Assembly (NCBI GenBank): GCA_963824385.1
Contig: CAWGPD010000004.1
Location: 416,001 to 480,000, forward strand
DNA from: an uncultured Nitrososphaerota archaeon
GTDB lineage: Archaea > Thermoproteota > Nitrososphaeria > Nitrososphaerales > Nitrosopumilaceae
DNA: 64,000 nt
Direction of reading: 5' to 3'
This document shows positions 32,625-43,497 of the stretch, one piece after another. The notes beneath the pieces were generated by a model, which had not been told where the DNA came from, did no database searches, and saw only the letters and a list, made by a program, of their open reading frames with translations. The position numbers and the translations under genes were made by a program. Each line of letters starts with the position of its first letter. Position 1 is the stretch's first letter.

Positions 32625-32953
32625 ATTATTCCTGACACACATTTTCACATCATATAGATTATTTTGTATTAGGAAAATAAGGATAAAATAAAAATCTCGT
32701 TCATCTATTCGTTCTCATTGATTGCGTGATATACTATTTAGCAAACATGGGAGACATGCTACGATTCGATAAAACTATAGACAATATTTAGATAAAAACA
32801 GGTAACTCTGTAAATTGGTCTACAGAGATTCCTTTACATGTCAAGGTTTTCCGAATTTTTGTAGACCCTCCCCACAATTACTAGTTCTATCATTTTTTTC
32901 TGACAAGAAATGAAGCGAGAATTGATTATACCTCTGAAACAGATTCTTCTTCT

Positions 32954-34289
32954 TTACTTTATTATTTGACTTAATTCCTTTTGTCGGATTATCTTTCCTA
33001 GTGTTATGGTATCAAGAGTTGAACGAATTTTTCCTTGCTTGATTTTATCATTCCATTCCTTTACTTTGGCAAACTTGTCCCCATCTCCAATTATTTTCGT
33101 AGCCAAAAATGGATTGTTTGACCACCATGAAATTGCAGTTTGTATGACATATTGCAAATCATTATCAGATATTATTGGCCATTGCTGACTCAATACATTT
33201 TCAAGCGGAAGATCAAGAAGACCCAGTCTTTTTTTGATCATAAATAAAATTTCTATAAACCTAGGCGGTTCTTCAAGTGCTGATACAGATATTTTTACCA
33301 TATTTCCATCTTGGGCACTTTTGTCACTATCTACAAATATTATCTTGACCAACCCACGAGTACCTGAGATAGTCAGCTCGTCTTTTCCAGATTCAATCTT
33401 ACCTCCCATCTCTTTGACAATATCCAACATAACTTGAAGACGTTGTTTCTGCATCTCTTCAAGCGGTATAGGAGTATCAGATTTTTTTTCAGTCAACGTA
33501 GTTATGGTATCAGATGATTTTACCAGATTCAATCTTGATGCATCCCAATACAGTTTGTACCAACTCAAAATCATCATTTTCAAATATCAGAGTATCAGGG
33601 ATTCTCTTGTCTACAGTTGCCAGCCTTCGCAAGACATTAAAAATCTCATCAGGCACATTTGGCAACTGGGAATTTTCAACAAATCCGTGTTTTCCCTCAG
33701 CATCAGATTTCCAAGTAGCTGCGATTGGCTCGGCAATTGTAGATACAATATTGTATACTGCACGTTTTTCCATAGGTGCAAGCATTGGGGTATTATCATT
33801 TAGATAAGTACGAAAGTATGTCGTTCCTTCAAAACTTGAACATTTGAGTACGTTGCCAAGATTTACTTTGGCATAGAATTTTTCTTTCTTTGTTTCAACT
33901 TTTAGCTGAGTCCAGTCTCTTGATTTAGGATCAAAGACTTCCCAGGATTCAGGACTAGGAAGTTCGACTTGTTTTTCATCCCCAAGTTTTCTTACTTCTG
34001 GCTTGTACAGTCTTGTCATAGTTTTGACATGATCTTCTAGTGTATGAACAGAAGCGTTTACACCCCACAAGGAATCAAGAAACTCTTTGCGTTTTGAAGA
34101 ATCAACAACTAGCGTCCAACGCTTATCAACAGAACGCGGTCTTATCTCAAGTCTGTTGAGAAGTTTATCCAATCTAGATTTCTGTGAGAATTGTAATGGA
34201 TTAATTTTGGTAAATGTATTTTTGTATGTCTCACATAGATTTGGTTTTCCCCTCTGAAAGCAAATATCACAAAATTCAAGCGGTTCCAA
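32954..34289 (-). CDS. Conserved hypothetical protein with N-terminal Cys cluster; one +1 frameshift at ~33528
   Basis: Two overlapping long ORFs that join when GAATC is read as GATC. Confidence 0.7.
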
Positions 34290-34456
34290 ATCTATATCTC
34301 AACTAGTAATTATAATTGGGTATTATAATAGATATCAAACTTATAATCAAAAATAAAACCCGATAAAAAATGCTTTAACTAATTTAACTAATAACACCAT
34401 ACGATTTCACAGTAACGCATACCTTTGAAATTGTCCAATGTCATAGTGGTATCATC

Positions 34457-35647
34457 ATGAGTGAAGCTGCAATAGCATTAGAAGGCGTAGCTGGCAAATA
34501 TGCCGCAGAGGCAATAAAACAAGACAACCAAGGCGCTAAAGGCAATGCAGTTACTAATTATCAGAAGGCTATTGAGGCACTAACAAGACTAATCCATCTT
34601 TTCCCAGATAATACTTTGAATGCTGTTTATCAACAACATTGTGAACAGTACCAAAAAAGAATAGGCGAATTACAAAACTCATTTGATGATTCATCTCCTA
34701 ACGAAAACTCTGGCAACAACGGTTCATCCCAAGGCAACTCCAATCAAACAACTACTAACACTAATCTTGATAACATGATATTAAAAGAAAAACCAAATGT
34801 TAGCTGGAAGGAGGTAATAGGCCTAGAGGATGTCAAGACAGCACTACGGGAAGCCATAGTATATCCTGCCAGAAAACCAGAACTCTTCACATTAGGTTGG
34901 CCAAGAGGAATTCTCCTATACGGACCTCCAGGATGTGGAAAAACAATGCTTGCTGCAGCAACTGCCAGTGAGATTTCAGGCTATTTCATTAATGTCGATG
35001 CTGCTTCAATGATGAGTAAATGGTTAGGTGATGCTGAAAAAAATGTATCCAAACTATTTCACATGGCACGAGATACTTCTAAAAGAGAAGATGTGCCAGT
35101 CATAATGCTAATTGATGAGGTAGACTCGCTTCTTGGAAATTCACAGAATGAAAACGGTGGAGAGATTAGAGTAAAGAACCAGTTTCTTACAGAGATGGAC
35201 GGAGTAAATGATAAAGGAAAAAATCTTCAAACTTATGTTATTGCAGCTACTAACAAACCTTGGAAATTAGATTGGGCATTTCTTAGAAGATTTTCAAAAA
35301 GAGTGTACATACCATTGCCAGCAGTGGAAGCAAGAGAAAAGCTCTTTTCAATATATTTAGCAAAACTAAAAAAAGATCCATCAGTAAGTGCATTAGAACT
35401 TGCTCAATTAACAGACGGGTATAGTGCAAGTGACGTAAAAGACATCTGTCAATCAGCGCAATTATCTGTTATAGATGAATATTTCAGTGTGGCAGATGCA
35501 AACGGGGACAAAGATCTTTCACATGTCAAACTGCGAGACTGTACCACAGATGATTTTCAGAAAATCATTAAAAAAAGAAAACCTAGTGTCAATCAAGGAA
35601 TGATCCAGGAATATTCAAACTGGACTAAAGACTTTAGTGCACTATAA
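34457..35647 (+). CDS. cdvC: Vps4/CdvC-type AAA ATPase with MIT domain
   Basis: MIT-like N-terminal helices, GPPGCGKT, SKWLG, IDEVD, ATNKPW, RRF. Confidence 0.88.
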   Translation: MSEAAIALEGVAGKYAAEAIKQDNQGAKGNAVTNYQKAIEALTRLIHLFPDNTLNAVYQQHCEQYQKRIGELQNSFDDSSPNENSGNNGSSQGNSNQTTTNTNLDNMILKEKPNVSWKEVIGLEDVKTALREAIVYPARKPELFTLGWPRGILLYGPPGCGKTMLAAATASEISGYFINVDAASMMSKWLGDAEKNVSKLFHMARDTSKREDVPVIMLIDEVDSLLGNSQNENGGEIRVKNQFLTEMDGVNDKGKNLQTYVIAATNKPWKLDWAFLRRFSKRVYIPLPAVEAREKLFSIYLAKLKKDPSVSALELAQLTDGYSASDVKDICQSAQLSVIDEYFSVADANGDKDLSHVKLRDCTTDDFQKIIKKRKPSVNQGMIQEYSNWTKDFSAL

Positions 35648-35714
35648 TTTTATTTTATATATCTTAATTTTTAATCTAGCAATCCCTGATTCAAATTTTA
35701 GAATAAACGAAATT

Positions 35715-36956
35715 CTATTCTCTTCTTAATGCAACCATTGGAGAAAGCTTTGATGCCTTCCATGCAGGATACATTCCTGCCAAGACACTTAGTCCCAAAG
35801 AAAGTAACCAGACTTTGATCAAATCCGTAGGAACGTAGATTGGCGGTATGTGAACAGGTGCACCTCCTCCAGTAGGAGTAGTGGTTGTAACTATACCCAA
35901 TATGATACCTGCAACCATGCCAATTGCCATCCCAGATGAAGCCCCAATTATGCCAATCAGCGCAGCCTCTACTAGGAACAGCGCAAGTATCTCAGCATTC
36001 TGAGCCCCTATTGCCTTCATGGTACCTATCTCACGAATTCTTTCTGTAACAGAATTGTATAATGTAGTAACAATACCAACTGCACCTACAACAAGTGCAA
36101 TAATTCCAACCATTAGAATAAAAGCTGCGTTTCCGCTTGCAGCTTGCTGCCTTACTGCCATAAGTGCCTTGGGCGTTGTAGCGCCAAGAGTTTTTCCAAA
36201 CATATCAGTTATCTCTTGCTGTACAGTATCAACATCATCAGGACTAGTTGCAGCCATTATCAGTGAATCATACCTGTTTTGCTTGTGCAGTAGTTGATTG
36301 CCTGCATCAAGATTGATAATCATAGACCTGTCGATTCCAGTATTACCAGACGGTTTTAGTATTCCTGTAACTATAAAATTTTTTATTACTGTGTGCGATC
36401 CACTTGAATCAGAATATGTTGCTGTTGCCTTGATTGTTTCTCCAAGTGTGACAAAAGCAGTATCCGCGCCAGGCGGATTTACTATAGTATCTCCCACTAG
36501 TGCCGACCCCCGGTCACCGGGATTTACTACAGAACCATCAATATATTGAAGATTGGGTAGTTCTACAGTCAATTTGGATGGATCAATTGCGGTAACAGAA
36601 GCATGCTGAACGCTTCCCATTGAATTCATCTGTATAGAACCAGTGTACTCTGGTACGACATCAGATACATTTGGAAGACTCTTGAGTTTTTGTACAATGA
36701 CATCATTGATTGTTATAGAATTACTTGTGGAAGTTGCATATGAGCTAAGGGAACGTTGTCCACTACCTACAAAAAGAACATTAGCTGCTAATGTGTTAAA
36801 TTGTTGTTCCAAGAATGCAGCCTGACCTGCACTTAGACCATTTAATACGACAACAAGACTGCTGCCAAGTACGACCATTAAAATTGTAAGTAGTGTCCTG
36901 ACCTTTCTATCAACTAGTGCCTCAAATGACAATAAAAAAAGATCTTTAGGATTCAT
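35715..36956 (-). CDS. ABC transporter permease, MacB/FtsX family
   Basis: RTLLT.L, ERIREIGTMKAIGA, YPAWKASKLSP..ALR. Confidence 0.9.
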   Translation of the reverse strand: MNPKDLFLLSFEALVDRKVRTLLTILMVVLGSSLVVVLNGLSAGQAAFLEQQFNTLAANVLFVGSGQRSLSSYATSTSNSITINDVIVQKLKSLPNVSDVVPEYTGSIQMNSMGSVQHASVTAIDPSKLTVELPNLQYIDGSVVNPGDRGSALVGDTIVNPPGADTAFVTLGETIKATATYSDSSGSHTVIKNFIVTGILKPSGNTGIDRSMIINLDAGNQLLHKQNRYDSLIMAATSPDDVDTVQQEITDMFGKTLGATTPKALMAVRQQAASGNAAFILMVGIIALVVGAVGIVTTLYNSVTERIREIGTMKAIGAQNAEILALFLVEAALIGIIGASSGMAIGMVAGIILGIVTTTTPTGGGAPVHIPPIYVPTDLIKVWLLSLGLSVLAGMYPAWKASKLSPMVALRRE

Positions 36957-39220
36957 TTTCTTTCTTTTTGGTATCGTCAAATATGGATACTATGTCCGAA
37001 TCCCCCTGTGTTACCATCTTTAGTTTTTTCTTTGCCAGTTTTTTCTTTCTCGCTAGAAATACAATCACTGCAGCTACTGCAACAATTATTCCAATAGTCA
37101 CTGGTTCTGGTAGAGGTATCTGATTAAGTATTGGTATATTACCAAGTATAGAACCAGACTTGGCAGTTGTAATGGCCTGACGAGCCTTTGCAATAGATAT
37201 GGTTCCATTTACTATAACAGTATGAAAGACCTTTAGATCATCAGCATATACTACCTTGAATGCCACATTATAGGTTCCAGACGGTATTGAAGTAAGTCCT
37301 CTAATCGGAACGCTGATTGGAATTGGTGAATCTGGTGAGAGATCACCTATGAATTGTTGCGATGAACTTGCTGCACCGCCGCCTCCAGAGCGCCCTTGCC
37401 CACCTGCACCACCGCCACTCCTCCTCCAGAGTATCCACCTGCACCGCCGCCACTCCTCCTCCAGAGTATCCACCTGCACCGCCGCCAGCTCCTCCTCCAG
37501 AGTATCCACCTGCACCGCCGCCAGCTCCTCCTCCAGAGTATCCACCTGCACCGCCGCCAGCTCCTCCTCCAGAGTATCCACCTGCACCGCCGCCAGAAGG
37601 TGTAGATGAATGGGTTTGATTATTTGTCGAATTTGCAATTCTTGCAGTTCGCATTTCTTGCGTAAGTTGTGAAGGTGCAAGCTGAACTGTTGTAAATAAT
37701 GCAGTTGTACTACCTTGATTGAGTAAATTGCCCACTATGGTAGAAGTTCCACCTGCAGTAGTTTCAGTTAGACCATATACTTGGAGCTTGATATCACCTA
37801 CAACAAATGCACCAAGTGTAAGGGAATTTGTTTGAGCTTGACCATTTGAATCATAACTAGCAGTCAGTGTAAACGAGGTTGGAGTAGAAATCAGTGAAGT
37901 TGCTGCATATACCTTAGTTGATAGAGTTTGGTTAGATCCTGGGCCTAAGGTTGGTATTGTCCAAGTAGAAGTTCCAACAATAGATACTGAAGTTGATTGT
38001 GGTACAAGATTTATAATTACATTAGTCATCGTATTGTTGCTATGATTTGATACCGCAAAATCAAGATCAGCTAAATTTCCTGCAACAATCACAGGAGTTG
38101 ATTGATTTCCAAGATATGACAAAGTAATAGATTGTGGCGGACTAGGAGTTACAACAAGACCTGTAGAAACATCAGTGGTTAAAATCTTGCCCCAGGCATT
38201 TTCATAACTAATATTTAGCTCCACCTGCTGGGTAGAACCAGCAGCACCAGTGCCTGGGTAAACAGTTGTAGATATCCGAGCATCCGAGTTTGCATGAATC
38301 GTTCCAAGGTTGAAGGAATTAGGCCCTAAATTAACAATATTAGTAGTACCTGAAGACAATGTAATTGCTCCACTACTAGAACTTCCAGAAGCACCTTTAG
38401 ATTGTCCAAGATTTACAATTGTGGCAACTACACCTGTTGCATCAGCAGAGCCCTTGTTTTCAACATCTATCGTTATAGTACTCTGAGTTTGAGGAGGAAC
38501 CTCTGGAGTATCAGTTGATGCATCCATTATTACCTTACCAGGAAGAACAAATGGAACGTCAAGTAATGCCGAAGTACATTGCGTTCCAACTACTCCTACT
38601 TCAACATAATTTGCAACAAGTGTGGTAGCAAAAGTACCTACTCTAGCAGTTGATAGCACATTTATGTTAAAGTACATAGTAAATGTACCTCCAGGCGATA
38701 TGGTACCATAATAGTTTCCAATTGCAGCACTAGATGCAGAAGAAACTCGAGATGCTTGAGTGTGTTGTTGAAGTAATTGAGGATTTGCGCTCTCTCCAGT
38801 AGCTGCAAATCCCGATGGAAGATTAAGAAAAGCAGTAACAGATGTTATCGGAAAGTTTGAATTTCTGTTTGTCATGACCACTGCAAAAACTGAAGGTCCT
38901 TCTCCCGGGCCTATCTCTTTTTTGACAGGATTGCTAGTAATGTCGGTATTAGTAGACGTTCCTTGATCTACCCAATACGAGTCAACAACCACTGGACCGG
39001 CATAAGTGGCATCAAGTATTGTAGTAAGAGGTGCAAAACAATCCTGTGTTTGTTGTGTCGATATACCTGATGTTGTAGTGGTAGTGGTTGTAGTCTGTCC
39101 AAATGCATTAAACGATGAAATCATGGTAGGTGCAAAAAGCATCAGGATTAAAATCGGGATTACAACTTTAACTGCAAGTTTTCTTGAGAAAAACTTGCTA
39201 AAAGAGTTAATGGTAGACAT
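36946..39220 (-). CDS. Large secreted, membrane-anchored S-layer-like (COG1361-type) protein with Gly-rich repeat; two -1 frameshifts inside the repeat
   Basis: Signal peptide, Thr/Ser-rich beta-sandwich repeats (N.G...A, LGTI), C-terminal TM plus basic tail; lies between ABC ATPase and permease. Confidence 0.8.
37400..37596. repeat. 36-bp GC-rich tandem repeat, ~5.5 copies, encoding GGGAGGYSGGGA
   Basis: Unit CCACCTGCACCGCCGCCAGCTCCTCCTCCAGAGTAT; two copies lack the G of AGCT. Confidence 0.95.
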
Positions 39221-39944
39221 CTTGTTCTATTCTCCCATCTCTTAGCAATATAGATCTATCACTATTTGCAGCAAGTTCTGGATTGTGAGTTACCATGACT
39301 ATGGTACGTTTGAATTTGTGTGAAAGATTTTTCAGCATGGCAAAAACGTCATCACCAGTCTTTGTATCCAAGTTTCCAGTAGGTTCATCAGCTAAAATTA
39401 TAGTAGGATTATTTATCAACGAACGAGCTATTGCAACTCTTTGTTGTTGTCCACCACTAAGATTTACGGGTTTTTGGTTTTTCTTATCATCTATACCAAG
39501 TGCTTCCAGGATTTTGGTGGCACGAAAGTCTGCAACATCATGTGACATACCGGCAATAAGTCCAGGCAGTTTTACATTTTTCAGCACAGTTGTTCTATTG
39601 ATAAGATTAAACGATTGGAAAATAAATCCAATTCGCTCATTTCTCAGGGTAGCAATTTCAGAGTCATTCATAGAAAACATATCTATGCCATCAACTGAGA
39701 TTTTTCCGCTGGTTGGTCTATCAAGTGCACCAATCATATTAAGAACTGTAGATTTTCCACTTCCAGATGGTCCTACAATTGATACAAATTCACCTTTTTT
39801 AATTGTAAAACTTACGTTATCTAATGCAACAACTCTTCCTGCAGCAGTATCATAGATCTTTGAAAGATTTTCAACTCTTAGAGCATTAGAATCATTAGAT
39901 CCGGTTTGTGTATTTTTAGATACTAAATTTTGTTTATTACTCAT
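39207..39944 (-). CDS. ABC transporter ATP-binding protein (LolD/MacB-like)
   Basis: [26 protein letters not shown]. Confidence 0.93.
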   Translation of the reverse strand: MSNKQNLVSKNTQTGSNDSNALRVENLSKIYDTAAGRVVALDNVSFTIKKGEFVSIVGPSGSGKSTVLNMIGALDRPTSGKISVDGIDMFSMNDSEIATLRNERIGFIFQSFNLINRTTVLKNVKLPGLIAGMSHDVADFRATKILEALGIDDKKNQKPVNLSGGQQQRVAIARSLINNPTIILADEPTGNLDTKTGDDVFAMLKNLSHKFKRTIVMVTHNPELAANSDRSILLRDGRIEQDVYH

Positions 39945-40052
39945 AATCAGTCCCTTTGAAATTCATAGACGTATTGCGTAATATTAAGAAACTCATCATA
40001 GTAATTATTTCTAAAGTACATGATAACATGATATTTTAGTTAATTTTTTTAC

Positions 40053-40097
40053 ATAAAACGTTTGTCAAACCTTGTTCAAGAACATTGTTAGTGATGA
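40053..40097. promoter_or_regulatory. Copy 1 of a ~45-bp duplicated operator-like element
   Basis: ATAAAACGTTTGTCAAACCTTGTTCAAGAACATTGTTAGTGATGA, closely similar to 40752-40797. Confidence 0.6.
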
Positions 40098-40149
40098 TTC
40101 AAGATGAACTACAAATAAGGATAAAATCACACATAGAAATAAGACAGAT

Positions 40150-40314
40150 CTAATACGGTTTAAAACATTCCAGATGAAAATATTTTGGAGGTCTTGCTCC
40201 AATTCGCAACATTGTATCACCTTCTACAAATCCTAGATTACATTTTCTACACTTGTTATTTCCAAACGTATCAAGTCTTGCAATATCTCTGGGCTCTAGT
40301 TTAATTTGCATCAT
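40150..40314 (-). CDS. 54-aa CxxC...HxxC (PARP-type-like) zinc-finger mini-protein
   Basis: MMQIKLEPRDIARLDTFGNNKCRKCNLGFVEGDTMLRIGARPPKYFHLECFKPY*; start overlaps the upstream ORF. Confidence 0.65.
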   Translation of the reverse strand: MMQIKLEPRDIARLDTFGNNKCRKCNLGFVEGDTMLRIGARPPKYFHLECFKPY

Positions 40315-40729
40315 TTTTGCCAATTTTATCTTCTAAGAGTTGCATTATTAAAAATGGAATTTTTAAAAAATCTAGATCTTTTTCTGCTGTAACACACAAT
40401 ATTTCAGTCTCCAATGGAAAGATTAAAGATATCATATTTTGACCATATGAGATTGTAAAATTTACAGGTCCAAGTTGAGTGTCGTGTACTCTACGCATCC
40501 GTACTCCTAATGCAGTCTCCATTAACAAAATCTCTAGGTCTTTTGGATCGATGAAAAATTTCAATCCCGTCCTCTTATTTTCAGTAAGTAATTTTCCCTT
40601 ATCATTAAGTATTCCAGCAAATCTAATTTTAGGATCTAAATTGAGGATCTCGGCACAAAAAGATTCAAGTCTTTCTTGAGAATAATTTTTTTGACTAGAA
40701 TCTTGAACTGACTGCAACTCAAATGCCAC
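40301..40729 (-). CDS. Thaumarchaeal roadblock/profilin-like hypothetical protein (DUF6659-like)
   Basis: C.EIL.LDPKIRFAGILN.KG...LGPV.F. Confidence 0.7.
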   Translation of the reverse strand: MAFELQSVQDSSQKNYSQERLESFCAEILNLDPKIRFAGILNDKGKLLTENKRTGLKFFIDPKDLEILLMETALGVRMRRVHDTQLGPVNFTISYGQNMISLIFPLETEILCVTAEKDLDFLKIPFLIMQLLEDKIGKNDAN

Positions 40730-40751
40730 ATCTATAACTCATCAATTTCAG

Positions 40752-40797
40752 ATAAAACAGTTGCCAAACCTTGTTCAGTAACATTGTTACTGAATGA
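40752..40797. promoter_or_regulatory. Copy 2 of the operator-like element, with perfect inverted repeat TTCAGTAACA-T-TGTTACTGAA (40774-40794)
   Basis: Seen directly; lies in the divergent promoter of the wHTH regulator. Confidence 0.7.
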
Positions 40798-40855
40798 CAA
40801 ATGTACTAAAAATACAACTGATCAAAAGAAATAATTTCGAATAAAGGCTTAATAC

Positions 40856-41188
40856 TTGACTGATACCGCATCAAACTATAACTTGTCACACGAATATAGA
40901 GATAGAATTTACATACGAAAAGATATAATTTTAAAATTAACAGAGTTTGGTGAGCTCAATCAGACATCACTTCTTAGCTATTGTGGCTTGAATTTAATGA
41001 AACACAAAGATATTCTTGAGAGTCTTGAGAAAAAAGGTTTCATAGAGAGAAAAGAGCAGGCATGGGGAAATAAAAAGATAATAAAATACGCAGTGACTCA
41101 AAAGGGACGAGAGTTTTTCAAACTAATTTTAGAACCATATGAGGATATGTTTCCTAGAAAGGAGAGACATGTTGAAGAACAAAGTTAG
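40856..41188 (+). CDS. Winged helix-turn-helix transcriptional regulator
   Basis: YRDRIYI..DII..L, L..LE.KGFI, Y.VT.KG. Confidence 0.8.
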   Translation: MTDTASNYNLSHEYRDRIYIRKDIILKLTEFGELNQTSLLSYCGLNLMKHKDILESLEKKGFIERKEQAWGNKKIIKYAVTQKGREFFKLILEPYEDMFPRKERHVEEQS

Positions 41189-41225
41189 CGAAGCATTTTT
41201 AATGCAAATAGAGGAGATCTACTAA

Positions 41226-41756
41226 ATGTCAGAACCAGAAAACAATTCTTCTAAAAAAGAGAAAATGCCAGAGGATAAAGACGAGGGTACAAAATCTGAC
41301 AATGTTTTAAAAATTTTAGACGAACTTTTAGCTCATACTAATAGGTCAAGACGGTTATTTTTGGCGTTTATTGCAACTGCGTTATTTTTTGGACCTGCCG
41401 CAATAATACTAGGAGGAATTTTACTTGAGCATCCGGATTATAGTATAAGACAGTTAGAAGCACAACAAGGAAATGGAACCGAATTTCGTCATATTCAGCC
41501 AGGAACACATCTTCAACTAGTTGATCAGAATGGTACAGTCATAAGGGAGATAACTACGATGGGTGCAAACCGTGCTCCTCATAACACAGCCATAATTTTG
41601 GGATTACGCATATTCATCATACTCTCAATAACATTTGCTGTAATCCTATTGCTTATTGCAGTAAAGGAATACAAATTCTTTGTTCATTGGAGCAAGCGAT
41701 TTACCAAATACAAATCTCTCCAAGATAAAGTCGACAAAGAATTAGGCGATGACTAG
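41226..41756 (+). CDS. Two-TM membrane protein
   Basis: Two hydrophobic helices flanking a polar loop. Confidence 0.7.
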   Translation: MSEPENNSSKKEKMPEDKDEGTKSDNVLKILDELLAHTNRSRRLFLAFIATALFFGPAAIILGGILLEHPDYSIRQLEAQQGNGTEFRHIQPGTHLQLVDQNGTVIREITTMGANRAPHNTAIILGLRIFIILSITFAVILLLIAVKEYKFFVHWSKRFTKYKSLQDKVDKELGDD

Positions 41757-41896
41757 TACTAAAGACCAAAGACTGAAAAATCATCAATAGAAAAAAGGAT
41801 TAAGCAGTAAGAAAATTGAAAATGTAGAAAGTTTCTAGCATCAAGAACTTTGTTAACTAATACATAAATATCTCTCCTGAAAAATAATGAAGCATA

Positions 41897-42650
41897 TTGA
41901 AACCCATTTTACTTTTAGGATTAATTGCCATAGTGTTTGTAACAAGTATGATATTTGCAACACAAGCTAGTGCACAATCCTCAGGACAAGGAGGTCAAGG
42001 ATACCAAGGTGGAAATGGAACTGGAGGTCAACACCAATTCCAGGGTACACGTACTCCTGTAAATGGCACATATACCAATTCTAACTTTGGAGTGCAGATA
42101 ACACTTCCAGATGGATGGAGCGGTTTTGAGATGAAATCAACCTCAGGAAGTACTAGAGTAATGATAGCACCTGGAGGATACCAATCAACACAGGGAGCAC
42201 CACGACCACCAATTACAATCAGTATGTCAATGACACCAATTAGTCTCAACAACATCTACATCACAATTCCCGCAAAGAACTATGCAGGGATTAACATGTA
42301 CGAATTCCACATCGACTAATACTGTCAACGGTTTGAATCTTAACGTGTTAACAAAAGACTGTACAGGGACGGATTCTAATGGAAATCCTATTGAAATGAA
42401 ATCCAAGGCCGAGACGACTCAAACAGGCTCGGCAAATATAATGCTAAGTTATAGAGCAAACTCTTCTTCAGGGCATGATTCCCAAGTTGCAGCTTTTGAC
42501 AGCATGGTTAACACTCTTCAGATTTCAAGCCCTTCACAAGCACCTGCCGTACCAGAATTTCCAGTTTCCATTGTAGGATGGGTTGTTGCAATAATGGTAG
42601 GAGTGATCGTAGTACTTGGAAGAGTAAAAATAATTCCAAGCAGCATCTAA
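41897..42650 (+). CDS. Secreted protein with PEF-CTERM-type anchor; one +1 frameshift at ~42244
   Basis: Signal peptide, YTNSNFGVQITLPDGW, C-terminal AVPEFP plus TM plus basic residues. Confidence 0.8.
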
Positions 42651-42723
42651 GATTCTAGTTTACTAACATACCAAGAAAAATGCGATCAAACTTTATTAAA
42701 ACGGATCAAGTAATATTTAGTCA

Positions 42724-43293
42724 TTGGATAGTAGTCAATGTTACAAATTACTTGGTATAAGTGAAAATGCTTCTATAATTGAGATTAAGAATGCATATCG
42801 TAGACTTGCCCTAGAGCATCATCCCGATAAAAATATCTCTTCAAAAGATGGAGTAAAATTCAAAATGATAGCAGAGGCGTATCATACCCTACGTGTAAAA
42901 AATAGTGCATATGCCATGTCAGACTATGCAGCAAAATATCATGCCATGAGTAAAAATCACAAATATGAAAAAGATAGCATTCTGGCTTGGCTGAATTTTC
43001 TGTACTATAAGATAGATTACAAATATGTAAAATATGTAAGAATAATATTTTTTTATTATCTCAAGTATGAACCAACCTTGTTTGAATACAGTGATGAAAT
43101 AGAGAGAAAGGCATCCATCTTGATGCATCGCTCAATCGAATTTTTCCGAAACGAATGCATAAGAATTATGTTTAGAATTATCACATTATCTTCAAAGTCA
43201 ATCCACATACCGTTAACCTCAAAGGAGTTTAACTTTACAGTGATGTTATTTTCATTCAAGAATCATCTGAAGAATAAAGAAAAAACAGTGTAA
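42724..43293 (+). CDS. J-domain protein without ferredoxin
   Basis: [27 protein letters not shown]. Confidence 0.8.
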   Translation: MDSSQCYKLLGISENASIIEIKNAYRRLALEHHPDKNISSKDGVKFKMIAEAYHTLRVKNSAYAMSDYAAKYHAMSKNHKYEKDSILAWLNFLYYKIDYKYVKYVRIIFFYYLKYEPTLFEYSDEIERKASILMHRSIEFFRNECIRIMFRIITLSSKSIHIPLTSKEFNFTVMLFSFKNHLKNKEKTV

Positions 43294-43497
43294 AGCATAT
43301 GCACTCAATCATACCATAACACTTGGAAAACCTTCTGACCGATATCACATACACATCATTCAAAGACAATCAGGATTTATCTAGAAACATTTTAAGTCAT
43401 TCACGTGAGATTAGATCATTCTAAATTCTTAGAATTAGAATTAGCGATAGCTGAATTTTTTGTTAGCTTATATATCCAAAATCATCTAGAAAACATA

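Noticed and set aside
37400..37596. CRISPR array (36-bp repeats)
   Set aside because: Units are head-to-tail with no spacers, lie in frame within a CDS, and no cas genes are present
37349..37619. Pro-rich and Ser-rich plus-strand ORFs
   Set aside because: Antisense shadows of the Gly repeat
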